Assembly: GCF_006345805.1 (NCBI RefSeq)
Contig: NC_043000.1
Span: forward strand, 83,266,001 to 83,330,000
Origin: Octopus sinensis
Lineage: Eukaryota
Direction: 5' to 3'
DNA: 64,000 bases
Each line of letters starts with the position of its first letter. The stretch's first letter is position 1. Shown here piece after piece: positions 16,473 to 28,500 of the stretch. The notes under the pieces were generated by a model that was given only the letters and a program-made list of their open reading frames with translations, was not told the DNA's origin and ran no database searches. Position numbers and translations under genes: made by a program.

Positions 16473-16853
16473 TAAAATGAATGTGTGTTTACATACATGT
16501 GTATGTGGGTTTGTGAGTATATATATATATATATAAGTATGTGTGTGTGTTTGCATATATGCATTTAGCTATGTATATATGTTTGTGTGTATACGGGGCC
16601 AGCATCAGGAAGTGCAGAACTCAATTAGAGAATTGTCAGTGGGGTCCTCTACTCTATAAATGTTAAAGACTGATGTTTTATGAATCATGTAGTATACCAG
16701 TCCCTTCCCAAAAAGCATTGAAGGATCGAAGCTCCACCATTAGCCACAATGACATACTAAACAGCAAAAGCTTATATGAGAGATTTAATGTTTTATTACA
16801 AGTCAAGCATGTGTGTGTGGCCCAATCTGAACAAATCAGTCTAACTTTCTTAA

Positions 16854-17068
16854 CCCTTTCGTTACCAACCCGGCTGAAACCAGCTCTGGCTCTGAGTACA
16901 AATGTTTTGTTTTCATAAGTTTTGAATTAAAATCTTCCACCAAACCTTAGTCACAATTCATGTTTCTTAGCTTAATGATAACTAAGTTATTTTACTAAAT
17001 TCTTAATTATATTTAAAGTAATTGAAAGAAACACAGAGCATCTCAACAGAAATACAGTAACAAAAGGG
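16854..17068. mobile_element. piggyBac-type MITE
   Basis: TTAA|CCCTTTCGTTAC ... GTAACAAAAGGG|TTAA; 215 bp. Confidence 0.85.
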
Positions 17069-17572
17069 TTAAAACTGTCACTTTGTGTATATCACTAATC
17101 CTTATCTGTTCCAAGTAAGATAATATTTCTCCATGGCTAGACATGTTTTCATGGAAGTACACTGCTTGTAAGATGGTGATACTTGTTTTATAATTATCAT
17201 GTGATGTCAAGACAAAGAGACAGTAACATTCTCACTTTCCAACACATATAAACATATGTATACATACACATACATGTGCACATATACATACACATTATAC
17301 ACACATACTTTTTTTTATTATTATCAGTCAACCATAGAGGAAACTATAGCATCTGCATGTCATAATGTTTTCTATGTAAATATATGCAACAGGCTTCTTT
17401 CAGTTTTCATCTACCAAATCCACTCACAAGGCTTTGGTCCATCAAGGATTATAGAAGTTACTTGCCAAACATACCACACAGAGGACTGAACCCAAAGCCA
17501 AGTGGCTGGGAAGCAAACTTTTTATCACATGGCTATGCCTGCACCTACACATACACACGCATGCACACGCAT

Positions 17573-17610
<38 letters not shown>

Positions 17611-17889
17611 TTATAGATTTAGTTTAAAAATTCCGAGAAGGAAATAAAATTGACTTCTTTCTCTGTGATTATCTCATTGTTTAAATATTTTGTTTTCTTG
17701 TACAAACAGACTGCTTGTGCATGCAGCCCTCCCTTCAACCTGTTGCCTATTCTATATACCTACACTATTTAATCTCCTAACTGTTTTCCCCGTCATCTCT
17801 TCTACACACCATACTATGCTACCCACTATTGAGAAGAAAGCTGAGGAAGTGATAAAGGACCAAGAGATGTGGCAATTTGCTGTACTTCA

Positions 17890-18879
17890 TAAATAATAGA
17901 AATAGGCATACAGTTTTATGCAACTGTGCTAGAGGTAAAGTATGCCTATTGGACTCAGAATGTCAAACTAACAACCTGGTCCATAGATGCCAAGTTACCT
18001 GGGAGGGAATACTTTTATAGGAGCCAGTTCTCCTAACCAATTGTTTAAATTCTTTTAGAAATAGGAAAAAAAGTAAATAACACAAGCCTAAGCAAACTAA
18101 TTTGGTCAATTAGAGACAAAAATAACAGCTATTCCATCGATTGGGAACTAATTGGGATTGTTAAGCCTTATCAAGTAGGGGGAAATAGATGAAACCTATG
18201 CGTAGAGGAACTTAACCAGATATTTACAACAAAACATATGTTAATTACAACAAGAAACAAACAAACTCTAAGAAGTTTACACAAACACAGTAGGACCTTT
18301 TAAGACATACAGGGATCATTCAAGATAGCAACAATTGAGCTTCATGTAACAAATAAAATAGCATAACCTAAACATTAAAAAAATTTAATAACTATCCTTA
18401 ATAAAAAAAAAAATACCTTACCCAATGTGTAACATAAATCAGAGCTGCCCAACTAAAAAAATGAATATGAACAAACATGAACTCTTCAATACAAACACTA
18501 CATTGAAAATCAAAAGCATGCAACCATTAAAATGAACAAAGAACTTTACAAAAACACTAATCTAGACCTTGACCTATTTTATATTAATCTCTAACTTTGG
18601 ACAGCGACTGGTGTGTGTCTGAGGTCAGCAGCACATACCTGTAAATAACAACACCCCACCTCTCACAGAACACTAACTAACAGAAATTTACTTCATATCA
18701 GTTCGCTTCGAGGATGACCAAATGGACAGACCCTGATGAAGCTGCACTGACAATAATGCAAGGTTGCATTTGCAACAGTGTGTAGTTGTTGCAGCAGAAA
18801 CACATGTAGGTCATTTTGATATGCTGTATATAACTTTAAAATAAATTTTGTGGATGTACAAGATTCCATACTGTTCATG

Positions 18880-18880
<1 letters not shown>
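17890..18880 (+). mobile_element. Penelope-like element 3' part: GIY-YIG endonuclease remnant plus 3' region with hammerhead
   Basis: Reads CNCARGKVCLLDSECQTNNLVHRCQV (from 17919) and NNTSLSKLIWSIRDKNNSYSIDWELIGIVKPYQVGGNR*NLCVEE, the Cys-rich GIY-YIG pattern of Penelope elements. Ends at (TA)n. Confidence 0.82.
18729..18812 (+). ncRNA. Minimal type I hammerhead ribozyme (Penelope-type)
   Basis: gacc(18729-32)-CTGATGA(18733-39)-a-gctgca...tgcagc-a-GAAAC(18797-801)-acat-GTA(18806-08)-ggtc(18809-12). Core boxes, stems I/II/III and the GUA cleavage triplet are present, with an A.A mismatch at the base of stem II. Confidence 0.8.
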
Positions 18881-18960
<80 letters not shown>

Positions 18961-19450
18961 TATATATATCTGTAGAACTTATCCCTTCGATAGGTCCCCA
19001 TGTATGGAGAACAATTGTTTATATATATATCATCATCATCACTTAACAACTTTTTCCATGCTGGCATTGGCTGGATGGTTTGATAAGGGCTGGCTAGGCA
19101 GAAGACTGCACTGGGCTTCACTGTCTGTTTTGGCAGATGAAATCTCTCTCTCTCTCTCTCATACACACGCACACACGCACAAGAGAGATTATGTCCAGAA
19201 TGAGGTCATACATTTTATCACAATTATATTATGTAATTTAATCCTACCAACAAAACATAGCTATAACATAGGTACAATAAGTGTTAGAGAATAACAATTT
19301 ATTATTAGGAGAGATAGTTTTGTAGCAGTAGACATTATGTAACAGGTTTGTGAAACAGCATGATGGTGTACATGGGTATATAATTACACATACATGTATA
19401 TCTATATATATATGTGTTTATTTGTATGTGGATATATATATATACATATA

Positions 19451-20985
19451 CTTCCAGAACCACACTAATAGTTTAGGAGTGAAATTTAGAATTTCTCAGT
19501 TTTCAGTGAATCGATTTTGATAAAACTTTTCCTGGCTGATTTGCACACTAGGGCAATGCCATTATTATATTTTCATTATTCTGTGTAACATACTTACTTT
19601 TTTATTTCAGATTCTTCAGTTTTTGGGTGAACCACACTAATAGCATCTCTCCACTCTAAGAACAATGGGATGTGGAAAAGGCCTTAACGATGAAAAGTCT
19701 GTCATCATCAAGGAAAGTGCTAAAGGCACGTCTCTTCATGCCATTGCAGAGAAGTTGTCATGTGAACATGGTTTGATGATTCCTGAAAGATCCTTCTCCA
19801 AGGAAGAAACAATCCGATTGTGGGACCTCCAAGACTGTGACAGCTAGGGATTTAAGGAATATTGGCCGCAAGTTACATGAGAAACCAGGACAAATAAGCA
19901 AAGCCATTTTCACTGCCTGCAGACTTCCTCATGTACCAAAAACCACCAGAAATCGCATCCTCAGGACCATGGCTTCCATGCAAGAACCCCTGAAATTGCT
20001 TCCTTTTACGTCCTGTCACAGGAGTTTGGAGCTTCAACAGGCCCAAAAGTACACGACGTTAGACATGAGTTATGTTCTGTTCACTGACAAAACCAAGGCG
20101 ACCTTTGATGGACCTGATGGTTGGGAAAATGGTTGGGTCTATTTTGGAGATGAGAGTCACCAACATTTACGACGAAAGCAACAGGGTGGAGGTGTCATAT
20201 TGTGGGCTGGTATCATTGGGGACAAACTAGTTGGCCCAGTCAGGGTGCCTGAAGGGGTTAAGGTGACTGCAGCCACCTACTGCAATCTCCTGAAGATGGC
20301 CTTAGATCCCTGGTAGATGACATACTACTGTCACTTTTAAGAAATCTCATATTCATGCATGACCATGCTTCTGCTAGGCCCACCCAAACATTACTAGGGT
20401 CTCATGGCATACAAGATGAAAGGTTGATAGTGTGGCCACCAGCATCTCTGGATTTCAACCCTATCGAAAATTTTTGGTCCATCATTAAACAAGATGTTTA
20501 TACTGATGAACGCCAATTTATGTCGTAAGACGTCTTATGGGCAACCATCAAAGCTGCCGTGGAGGCAGTCCCACCTGCTACTATTAAGAAATTGATAGAT
20601 TCCATGACTAATAGGGTTTTTGAAGTTATCTGTTGAAATGGCACTCATATAGCTAAATAATTTATTATGTCAATAAATGTTATAATATTATTATGCTTTT
20701 CTGTTAAATATATGCTCAATGTATGCTTAATGTATCATTACCCTTTGTTTTCTGAAAAAACATGTCTAGATGGGCAGTTTTTATTTAAAATCTATCAGCA
20801 TGGTTCACCTTAAAACTGAAGAATCTGAAATAAAAAAGAAAGGACACTACACAGAATAATGATAACATAACAATGGTGTTACCACAATGTGCAAACCAAC
20901 TGGCAAAAGTTTTATCAAAATTGATTCACAGAAAACTGAGAAATCTTAAATTTCATTCCTAAGCAATTAGTGTGGTTCTAGGATG
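19451..20985 (+). mobile_element. Tc1-superfamily transposon resembling the TRT/DD37E lineage, decayed, intronic
   Basis: ~190-bp TIRs with repeated GAACCACACTAATAG (19457, 19630). Protein remnants: MGCGKGLNDEK, VLFTDKTKATFDGPDGW, RRKQQGGGVILWAGI..LVGPVRVPEGVKVT, FMHDH and WPPASLDFNPIENFW. Confidence 0.88.
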
Positions 20986-20991
20986 TGTGTG

Positions 20992-21037
<46 letters not shown>

Positions 21038-21264
21038 CACACACGTGTATTTGTGTGTACATGTATGTGTAAGTGTATGAATATGGCCATGTATGCATGG
21101 GTGTATATGGATGTGCTTGTGTATGGTATATACACAGATGTGCAAATCTTGGCCTTCGCTTGGTGTCCTTAATATTAAAATAGCTTGATTCTAATGAATC
21201 CAACAAATAATTAATAATAATAATGATATATGCATAATGTAAATCTTTTTTCTGTTTGCAATAG

Positions 21265-21334
21265 GTGTCTCTATATCTGTGGTTCTTTTAATTCTGGTTA
21301 TCTCTCTAGCTCTACTTTGCAAATATAAACCACA
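21265..21334 (+). CDS. Novel single-pass membrane protein, coding exon 2 (transmembrane: GVSISVVLLILVISLALLCKYKP)
   Basis: Acceptor cttttttctgtttgcaatag|21265 and consensus donor CA|gtaagt at 21335. 70 nt, phase 1 to 2; encodes a hydrophobic helix followed by KYK. Confidence 0.8.
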
Positions 21335-21929
21335 GTAAGTGTACTTTATTTCTCATAGTTCTGAATATATTGATGTCAGCCCTTATCTGTGTGTCATTCT
21401 TAATCCAGCTGTATTGAATACAGCTATGATTACCAATGTTGTTATATGTACACGCTGATAAAGCTTAAATTTGAGAGGATGAATAAAATTGTGATGTCAG
21501 AATTATATGCAATTATGTCAGTTCACAGAGCATATAAGAGCTGGATTGCTGCCTTCAGATTTGATCCTGGTTTTTATATGTAAATATGAAATATAATTTA
21601 TTATATTGATACAAACTTGGCCTAGTGGTTAGGGTCTTGCACTCACAATTGTGAGATCATGGTTTCAATTCCTAGACCAGGTAAAGCATTGTGTTCTTGA
21701 GCAAAACACTTCATCTGAATTTGCTCTGCAGTCATTTCGACACCTGATGCTTGGTACACCATGCTCCTGTTCAGGCAACGTCAATTTGATGGAGAGAGTG
21801 AGTTAATGTATGGCATGAACATTTGATCACTATAAACAAATCATTTGTGCAGGCCATTCACTAAAAGCTGAACACTCATACATTATCTTCAAAGGGAGTG
21901 TCCATCCATACATTTGAAAAAATAGGTTA

Positions 21930-22518
21930 TAGTTGAGAACTGAGAGAGAACTGCACTGGTATGACCATGTGATGTGTATGGATGAGGACAGCTGTGTGAA
22001 GAGATGTCACACTCTAACTGGATGGAACCTGTGGAAGTAGCAGACTCAGGAAGACATGGGATGAGGTGGTGAAACACGATCTTTGAATGTTGGGTTTCAC
22101 AGAGACAATGACAAGTGACCAAGACCATTAGAGATATGCCGTGCTTGAGAAGACGACTTGTCAAGCCAAGTGAGATCGTAGTTGTGACTGATGCCAGTGT
22201 CACCTGACTGGCATGTAAAAAGCAGCATCTGAGTGTGGCCAATACCAGGGCCACCTGACTGACACTTGTGCCAATGGTGCATAAAAAGCACCATTAGAGC
22301 GTGGCCAATGCCAGTGCTGCCTGACTGGCACCCATGTCAGTGGCACGTAAAAAGCACCTGCTACACTCTCAGAGTGGTTGGCATTAGGAAGGGCCTCCAG
22401 CTGTAGAGACCTTGCCAAATTAGATTGTAGCGTGGTGCAGCCTCTCAGCTCACCAGTTCTCAGTCAAACTGTCCAAGCCATGCCAGCATGGAAAGCAGAC
22501 ATTAAACGATGATGATGT
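21930..22518 (+). mobile_element. RTE-clade LINE 3' end (ORF C-terminus, 3' UTR and (GAT)n tail)
   Basis: Reads ELHWYDHVMCMDEDSCVKRC...RLRKTWDEVVKHDL and ends catggaaagcagacattaaacgatgatgatg. Related tails at ~12240-12455, 19030-19140, 23170-23480, 26860-27190, 27505-27640, 38598-38810, 40505-40990 and 57440-57575. Confidence 0.82.
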
Positions 22519-23575
22519 CATTTACTCCATCATGTTGTCAGACTCTTTGTGAATTTTTGATACAGTGCCTATCCATCATGTCAAAGAGAATGTAATAATT
22601 CTTTCTACTATAAGCATAGGACCTAAAAGTTTGGGCAAGTTAGGGCGCTAATTTATTACATTGACCCCAGTCCTCAAACGGTACTTATTTTATTAACCCT
22701 GAAAGGATGAAAGGCATAGTTGACCTCAACAGAATTTGAACTCAGAATGAAAAGCCAGAAGACATGTTGCTAAGCATTTTGTCCTGGGTGCTAACAATTC
22801 TGCCAACTTGCTACCTTATAATAATAAGAAATAAATGCATTGACTTGTTATGCTATTCATTTTATATCACATTCATTGAGTAGTGTCAAGTTAAGTATGT
22901 AAGATGCTTCCAGCATCTCAGCAGCTTTCTTGAAAGTCCAGCAGCTATACTGTGATGTTTTTAACAAATTTCAGCTTTCCTTGTTCTAGTCATACTTTTT
23001 GTTCAGAAATTTGAAATCCTTTTCCAAAAGGCACAACACAATTGCCACAACATTATTTAATCTGAGATTTTGATAAGAAATTCAATAGTATAAAGTATTG
23101 GACCGTCAACTCATCATATGTCCTGCCTTAAAACATTTCTTTCAACTTCATAATGATGAAAGGTAAGTTTAATCATTTAGTGTCTATCCTCCATGCTGGC
23201 ATGGATTAGACAGTTTGACTAGGACTGGTAAGCTGGAGAGCTGTACAAGGCTCCAGTCTGATTTGGTTGGGTGGGTGCCTTTTACGTGTCACTGGCACTG
23301 GCCACAACTATGGTTTCACTTGGCCTGACATGTCTTCTCAAATACAGCAGTTCGCCAAAGGTCTCAATCACTTGTCGTTGCCTCTGTGAGACTCAACAGC
23401 TGAAGGTCATGCTTCACCACCTCATCCCATGTCTTCCTGGGTTTACCACTTCCACAGTTAGAGATTGGTACTTCTTTAGCTGTTAAAAGTAGATCCCAGA
23501 TCTGTTAGGAATGTTGTATTCAATAGATTGCTATCCTGTCTAGTAGTAGGTTTATCTTTCATTAATGTAATACTA

Positions 23576-23745
23576 CAAGGAGGTGCTGAAACGTTCCTGG
23601 TTTTAAGGGCATCACAAAAGGTCTGTTACAGGACCACTACAATAAGTGTGAATCTGAGAAGAGAATATGTTGAATGATATCATAATTAACTGATCCTCCT
23701 GTATTTTCTTTTACCCAAAACCAGGAACTTTTCTGCACCCCCTTG
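23576..23745. mobile_element. Mariner-type MITE (shorter copy of the 45155 family)
   Basis: TA|CAAGGAGGTGCTGAAACGTTCCTGG ... CCAGGAACTTTTCTGCACCCCCTTG|TA. Confidence 0.8.
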
Positions 23746-25277
23746 TATATATAAACAGTATTTAAATTAGCTCTTTTCATTATCCATCCCTAGACCTTTG
23801 AAGATGTTTAGCTTTATATAAGTTAGTTTTGTTCTTCAACAATTATGTTCCTGGAAATTAACTGAGAATCTTGATAAAAGAGTTTGTTTGTTGTAATGTA
23901 TTGTAGGCAACAACATATTATCCAAGTTATGTTCATTTCTAATTGAACACTCTTCATCAGTAAATGAAATGATTGGTATTATAAAAATGCCAATTATCAG
24001 ATAAGTTGAAATTTGTACTGTTAAAGGGTTCTATTTAATAATATAATTGAGAGTAATTGCTATGTGTGATTGGTCAAAGACATATATAAGAATATTGGTT
24101 TCAGATTTTGGCACAAGGCCAGCAATTTTGGGGAGGGAATAAGTCAATTACATTGACCTCATTATTCAGCTGGTATTTATTTTATCAACCCTGTAAGGAT
24201 GAAAGGCAAAGTCAAATTCAGCAGAATTTGAACTCAGAACCTAAACGAAATGTCACTAAGAATTTTGTTTGGCATGCTAATGATTCTGCTAGCTTGCCGC
24301 CTTCATATGTAAGAATTGTTAGTAATATGGAATCATATTATTATTTGGTTGGGAAGTCACTGAAAACACCACAAAGTATAAAGCAATACTCAATCTAACA
24401 GAATCCATTTTTCTTCTTGCTGTGTCTATGGAAGTATTTGGTTTTAACACCAATTCTGAAAAATGGATGCTGTATGCCTTTCATGATACATATTTAAAAG
24501 TAGTGAGACTGAATCATTGAGAAGGAAGAGAATATTATATTTACTTTGTTAGTGATAGAAAATGACTCATTGCCTCTTAGCTCTTGAATAGTACTCTTTC
24601 AATTTATATATTTATTCAGTATAAACCTATAAGTTAAAGTAGTGAGGGAAGGCAAACAATTAGTCAAAGCAGGACAAGGACATTTGATTTCATTTAATCC
24701 AGTCTAAAAATTTAACTACATAATGAATGATAAAAATAGTACAAACTGGTAAAGATATTCTCTGACAGCTGTTTCTGGGATATCCCAGCTATTGGAGCCT
24801 TGCATTGAGCGAAGACTCTATAAGTCGGTATTCTATCATCAGAGAAATATAGACTAGACAGTGTAAAAAATGTTCCTCATCAGTGATATTTGTTGTAGCT
24901 TATTATGTCCAAGAAAGTAGGAGGGTCCAATTCAATTCATTTGGATCAGGTCTTCTTCAGAAAGAGTGGTTAAGTGGTACGTCAAAGTGAGAAGGGGGAA
25001 AGATATATTATACAGTACTCTATATTGAGTGAAAATGAAAGTGAATGCTAGCAGATCCATCATTGTGCATGGAATAAAGATACTTTCTGATGAGAGCAAA
25101 GATAAAAAGTTAAGAGGTATGCATTGAATATATATTACTCAGTATATTGAAGAGTATTCACTCTAGAGGGAAAGTGAATGCTAATAGTTCCAAAGTTGTG
25201 TGAATAATGAGAGGAGGAATAAATAGTATATTCAATATAAACCTATTATCATAAGATGATTCTTGTTTCTTTTTTAG

Positions 25278-25536
25278 ATTATTTCCATGTTTTAATCACC
25301 ATTATCAAAGAGCTCGTCAATCATCTCAAGTTGGCTTATCATTTGAGCAAGACAAAGATTACCAACATGATACAGATCCTCCTGAAAATGCGTCAACTGA
25401 TGAAGGATATTTTTATGATGAAATATTTGGAAAATCTGCTTTTACTGATGAAACTACCAACCATTCTATAACTAACTTGTTTTCAATAACTGATTATGAT
25501 GAAACTTCTGAACAATTTACTTCTGAGCGTTTCTGA
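25278..25536 (+). CDS. Novel single-pass membrane protein, coding exon 3 (cytoplasmic tail QLFPCFNHHYQRARQ...DEGYFYDEIFGKSAF...TSERF*)
   Basis: Acceptor tcttgtttcttttttag|25278; phase 2 completes CAA. 85 further open codons to TGA 25534-36. Possible UTR donor CAG|gtaaat at 25564. Confidence 0.8.
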
Positions 25537-28348
25537 ATGGATATTAAAATCCGCTAGTGGCAGGTAAATTATTCTACTGTTTCTGGCAACTTGTTACTAC
25601 AATACCACAAAAACTTTCAAAAGACTGCTATTAGAATTGTTTGTTAAAAAGAAATGGTTTCTATGGTCAAGAAATAATACAGCTGTAAACATACATCTTA
25701 GTATTAATCTTGCATGTATATGGATTTTGTAAATAGGCAAAGTGGAAGAAACAAAATAAGGGTTTCTTTTTATTTTAGAAAAAAACTAGATTTAACAAAT
25801 ATGGAGTAGTTTCCTTCTATAAACTGTAGGTTGTTATTTAACCCCAGGTTAAAATACTTTCAAGCAGTTAACACTAATTTTTCTTCTTTGGATATAATGT
25901 CTCTAGGATTTCATTATCCAATGTGCCCTTTCTCTTTTTAACATATATAGGAAATTTGGTTACTATTTCTGGTTCTTGAAACAACCATGTAGAGGCTCCT
26001 CCATTTGGGCGTATTAACTAATTAAAACAAAGATTTTGTAGGTGACGTAACAATTCTCAAACAAGGGGAAATAACTTTAAAAGAAAAATTTTAAATGCTG
26101 TTGTTTCATGGTGAAATTTAATTCTCCATACCATTTCTTGGTCAATATAGACATCATCCGTCAGTTTATCATGGACATATTTTATTATTCAAAAATAAAT
26201 TTCATATTTTTGTATATTTTAAATAAAAAATTTTATTTTCCTTCAAATGATTCTTCTTTTACTCAAGCATTTTAATTATGAAATAATTTTTTTTATTAAA
26301 AGCAAACATTTAAAACTCATTATTAAATGTCTCCTTTCTCAACATGGCATTGAGCCATCATGATTGTATTCTCAAATACTTGGTATCATGTTTTCATTGT
26401 ATCTTTATCTTTTAGCATTTACTTGTTGCAGTTATTAGACTTAGGTCGTGCTGAGACCCTGCCTTAAAGGGGTCTTAGGCAAATTGGCCCCAGTACTTAT
26501 TCTGTTTATCAGTATGGTTACTTATTCTAGCATTCTCTTAAGCTAAACCACAAAGTTAAAGGAATGTAAACAAACTATAATCAGCTGTCAAGTGGTTTGA
26601 AGTGATAAATGCAGACACACATAAATGTGTCTGAATATATACTGACTCTTTTGTTGACTTTTTCATTTTTGAGACAAAACTACAGAACATATCAAGAATG
26701 CTTACAATTAAATATAAAAATTGTCTCTTATTCCTAATTAAAAACCAAAATTGATTATCTATTGAGTGTTTTCAGAAAACAATATTGCCTTTATTGATTT
26801 CCATCCAGTTTGCATTTTTTCTGCATGCCACACATCTGTTAACTTTTAGGGCCCTTCAAACGTTGGGCCTCATGGAGGTGATAAGTGACTGAGACCTTTG
26901 GTGGTATGCTCTGCTTGAGAGGACTCATCAAGCCAAGTGAAATCATTGTCGTGGCCATTGTTGGGGGTCATGTAAACAGCATCTGTGAAATTGTAGTTGT
27001 AACTGTTGTTGGTGTCATGTAAAAAGCACCCATTACACTCTTGGAGTGGTTGGTATTAGGAAGGGCATCCAGTCATAGGAACCATGTCAAATCAGACTGG
27101 AACTTGATACAGCTCTCCAGCTTACTATTTCCAGTCAAACAGTCTAACCCATGCCATCATGGAAAGCAGACATTAAATGATGATGATTATCATCATCATC
27201 ATCATCATCAGTGTTTTAACATCCAGTTTTCCATGCTTGCATGAGTCATATGGAATTTGTTGAGGCTGATTTTCTATGAGTGGAGGCCTTTTGTTGCTCA
27301 CCTTCACTTGTTTCCAAATAAAGTAATATTTCCCCATGACCAGACATGTTTTCACAGAAGATTGGAAACAAAAGATACTGCACTGTAACATTCGTTTATA
27401 ATTGCCTAGCCAAGGAAACAGAAGCATACACACACATATTTATGTGTATATACACGACGGACTTTTAGTTTCTACCAAATCTACTCACAAAGTTTTGGTT
27501 TATCATTATCATCATTTAATGCCTTTTTTCCATGCTGGCATGGGTTGGACGGTTTGACAGGGGCTGGCTGGGCTAAAGACTGTACCAGACTTCACTGTCT
27601 GCTTTGGCAGGTTTTTATGGCTGGATGCCCTTCCTAACACCAAGGGCTATAACAAAAGACACTTGCAGAAGGTGCTATGTAGTAGGACTGAACCCCAAAT
27701 CATGTAGTTGGGAACCAAACTTGTTCCCACACAGCCATGCCTGGACCTTCAATATCATTTGAAAAAGAAAACTGCTAAAATTTAGAGTAAATATTGATAT
27801 TATTTTGAACTAAATACATTTTCTCTCGTTCACGAAAAGAAAGTTTACATTAATTGTGTTTTGTCTTTGAAAACACAAATTAACTTACCTTGAATAATGA
27901 ATGTATGAGTAAATTGTAATTTTTTCTGGATATTTCAAACACTTCACATCTTTTTTATGATGAAGTATTCAATTTTTTTCCTTCCCTGAAAAGTTTTAGT
28001 TCTACTAGCAATATTATTATTATTTGTAAGGCAGTGAGCTGACATGAAATTGCGCCAACCTTGGCCAGCTTTTGCAACTGTAATCATAGCTCTTTGGAGC
28101 TAACTGGTCTTATGCTACTTCTACCACCCCTCAGACATTTCCAGCTCCTCTATTCTCCTTTTGTCTTCACCCAGTCTTTCCTCCCCAGACTATCTCTCCT
28201 CTGGAATTTTTTCCTTGTATATTATTCCTGCGGCTGTCAATTTATGACAATTCAGAAGACCTGCAAAGGCCATGGGCATAACTCCTTCTTCAATCCAGAT
28301 AAGACCAAATCATTTAGGTATTTATAAGTTTTATATATACACACACAC

Positions 28349-28500
28349 ACACATGGTCAAAATTTTGGAAAATTTTTTAAAAATTAAAATTGTTATGCCT
28401 AAATACAATTTGATTCAAATATATAGAATGTAAATATTTGGGCATTTAATATAAAAATTCTAATTTTCAGACCTATGTTCCAAACTTTTGGCCATGACTG
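28349..28500. mobile_element. Tc1-type MITE
   Basis: Imperfect TIRs catggtcaaaattttggaa ... ttccaaacttttggccatgactg|ta. Confidence 0.6.

Noticed and set aside
25256-25471. Track ORF MILVSFLDYF...
   Set aside because: Wrong frame and it begins in the intron; the spliced frame from 25278 is longer and phase-compatible with the previous exon.
25441-25500. The novel protein's tail (TTNHSITNLF) as an IDOL recognition motif, making the neighbours an enzyme-substrate pair
   Set aside because: It does not fit the LDLR-type WxxKNxxSIxF / FDNPVY spacing and has no NPxY. Adjacency alone is not evidence.
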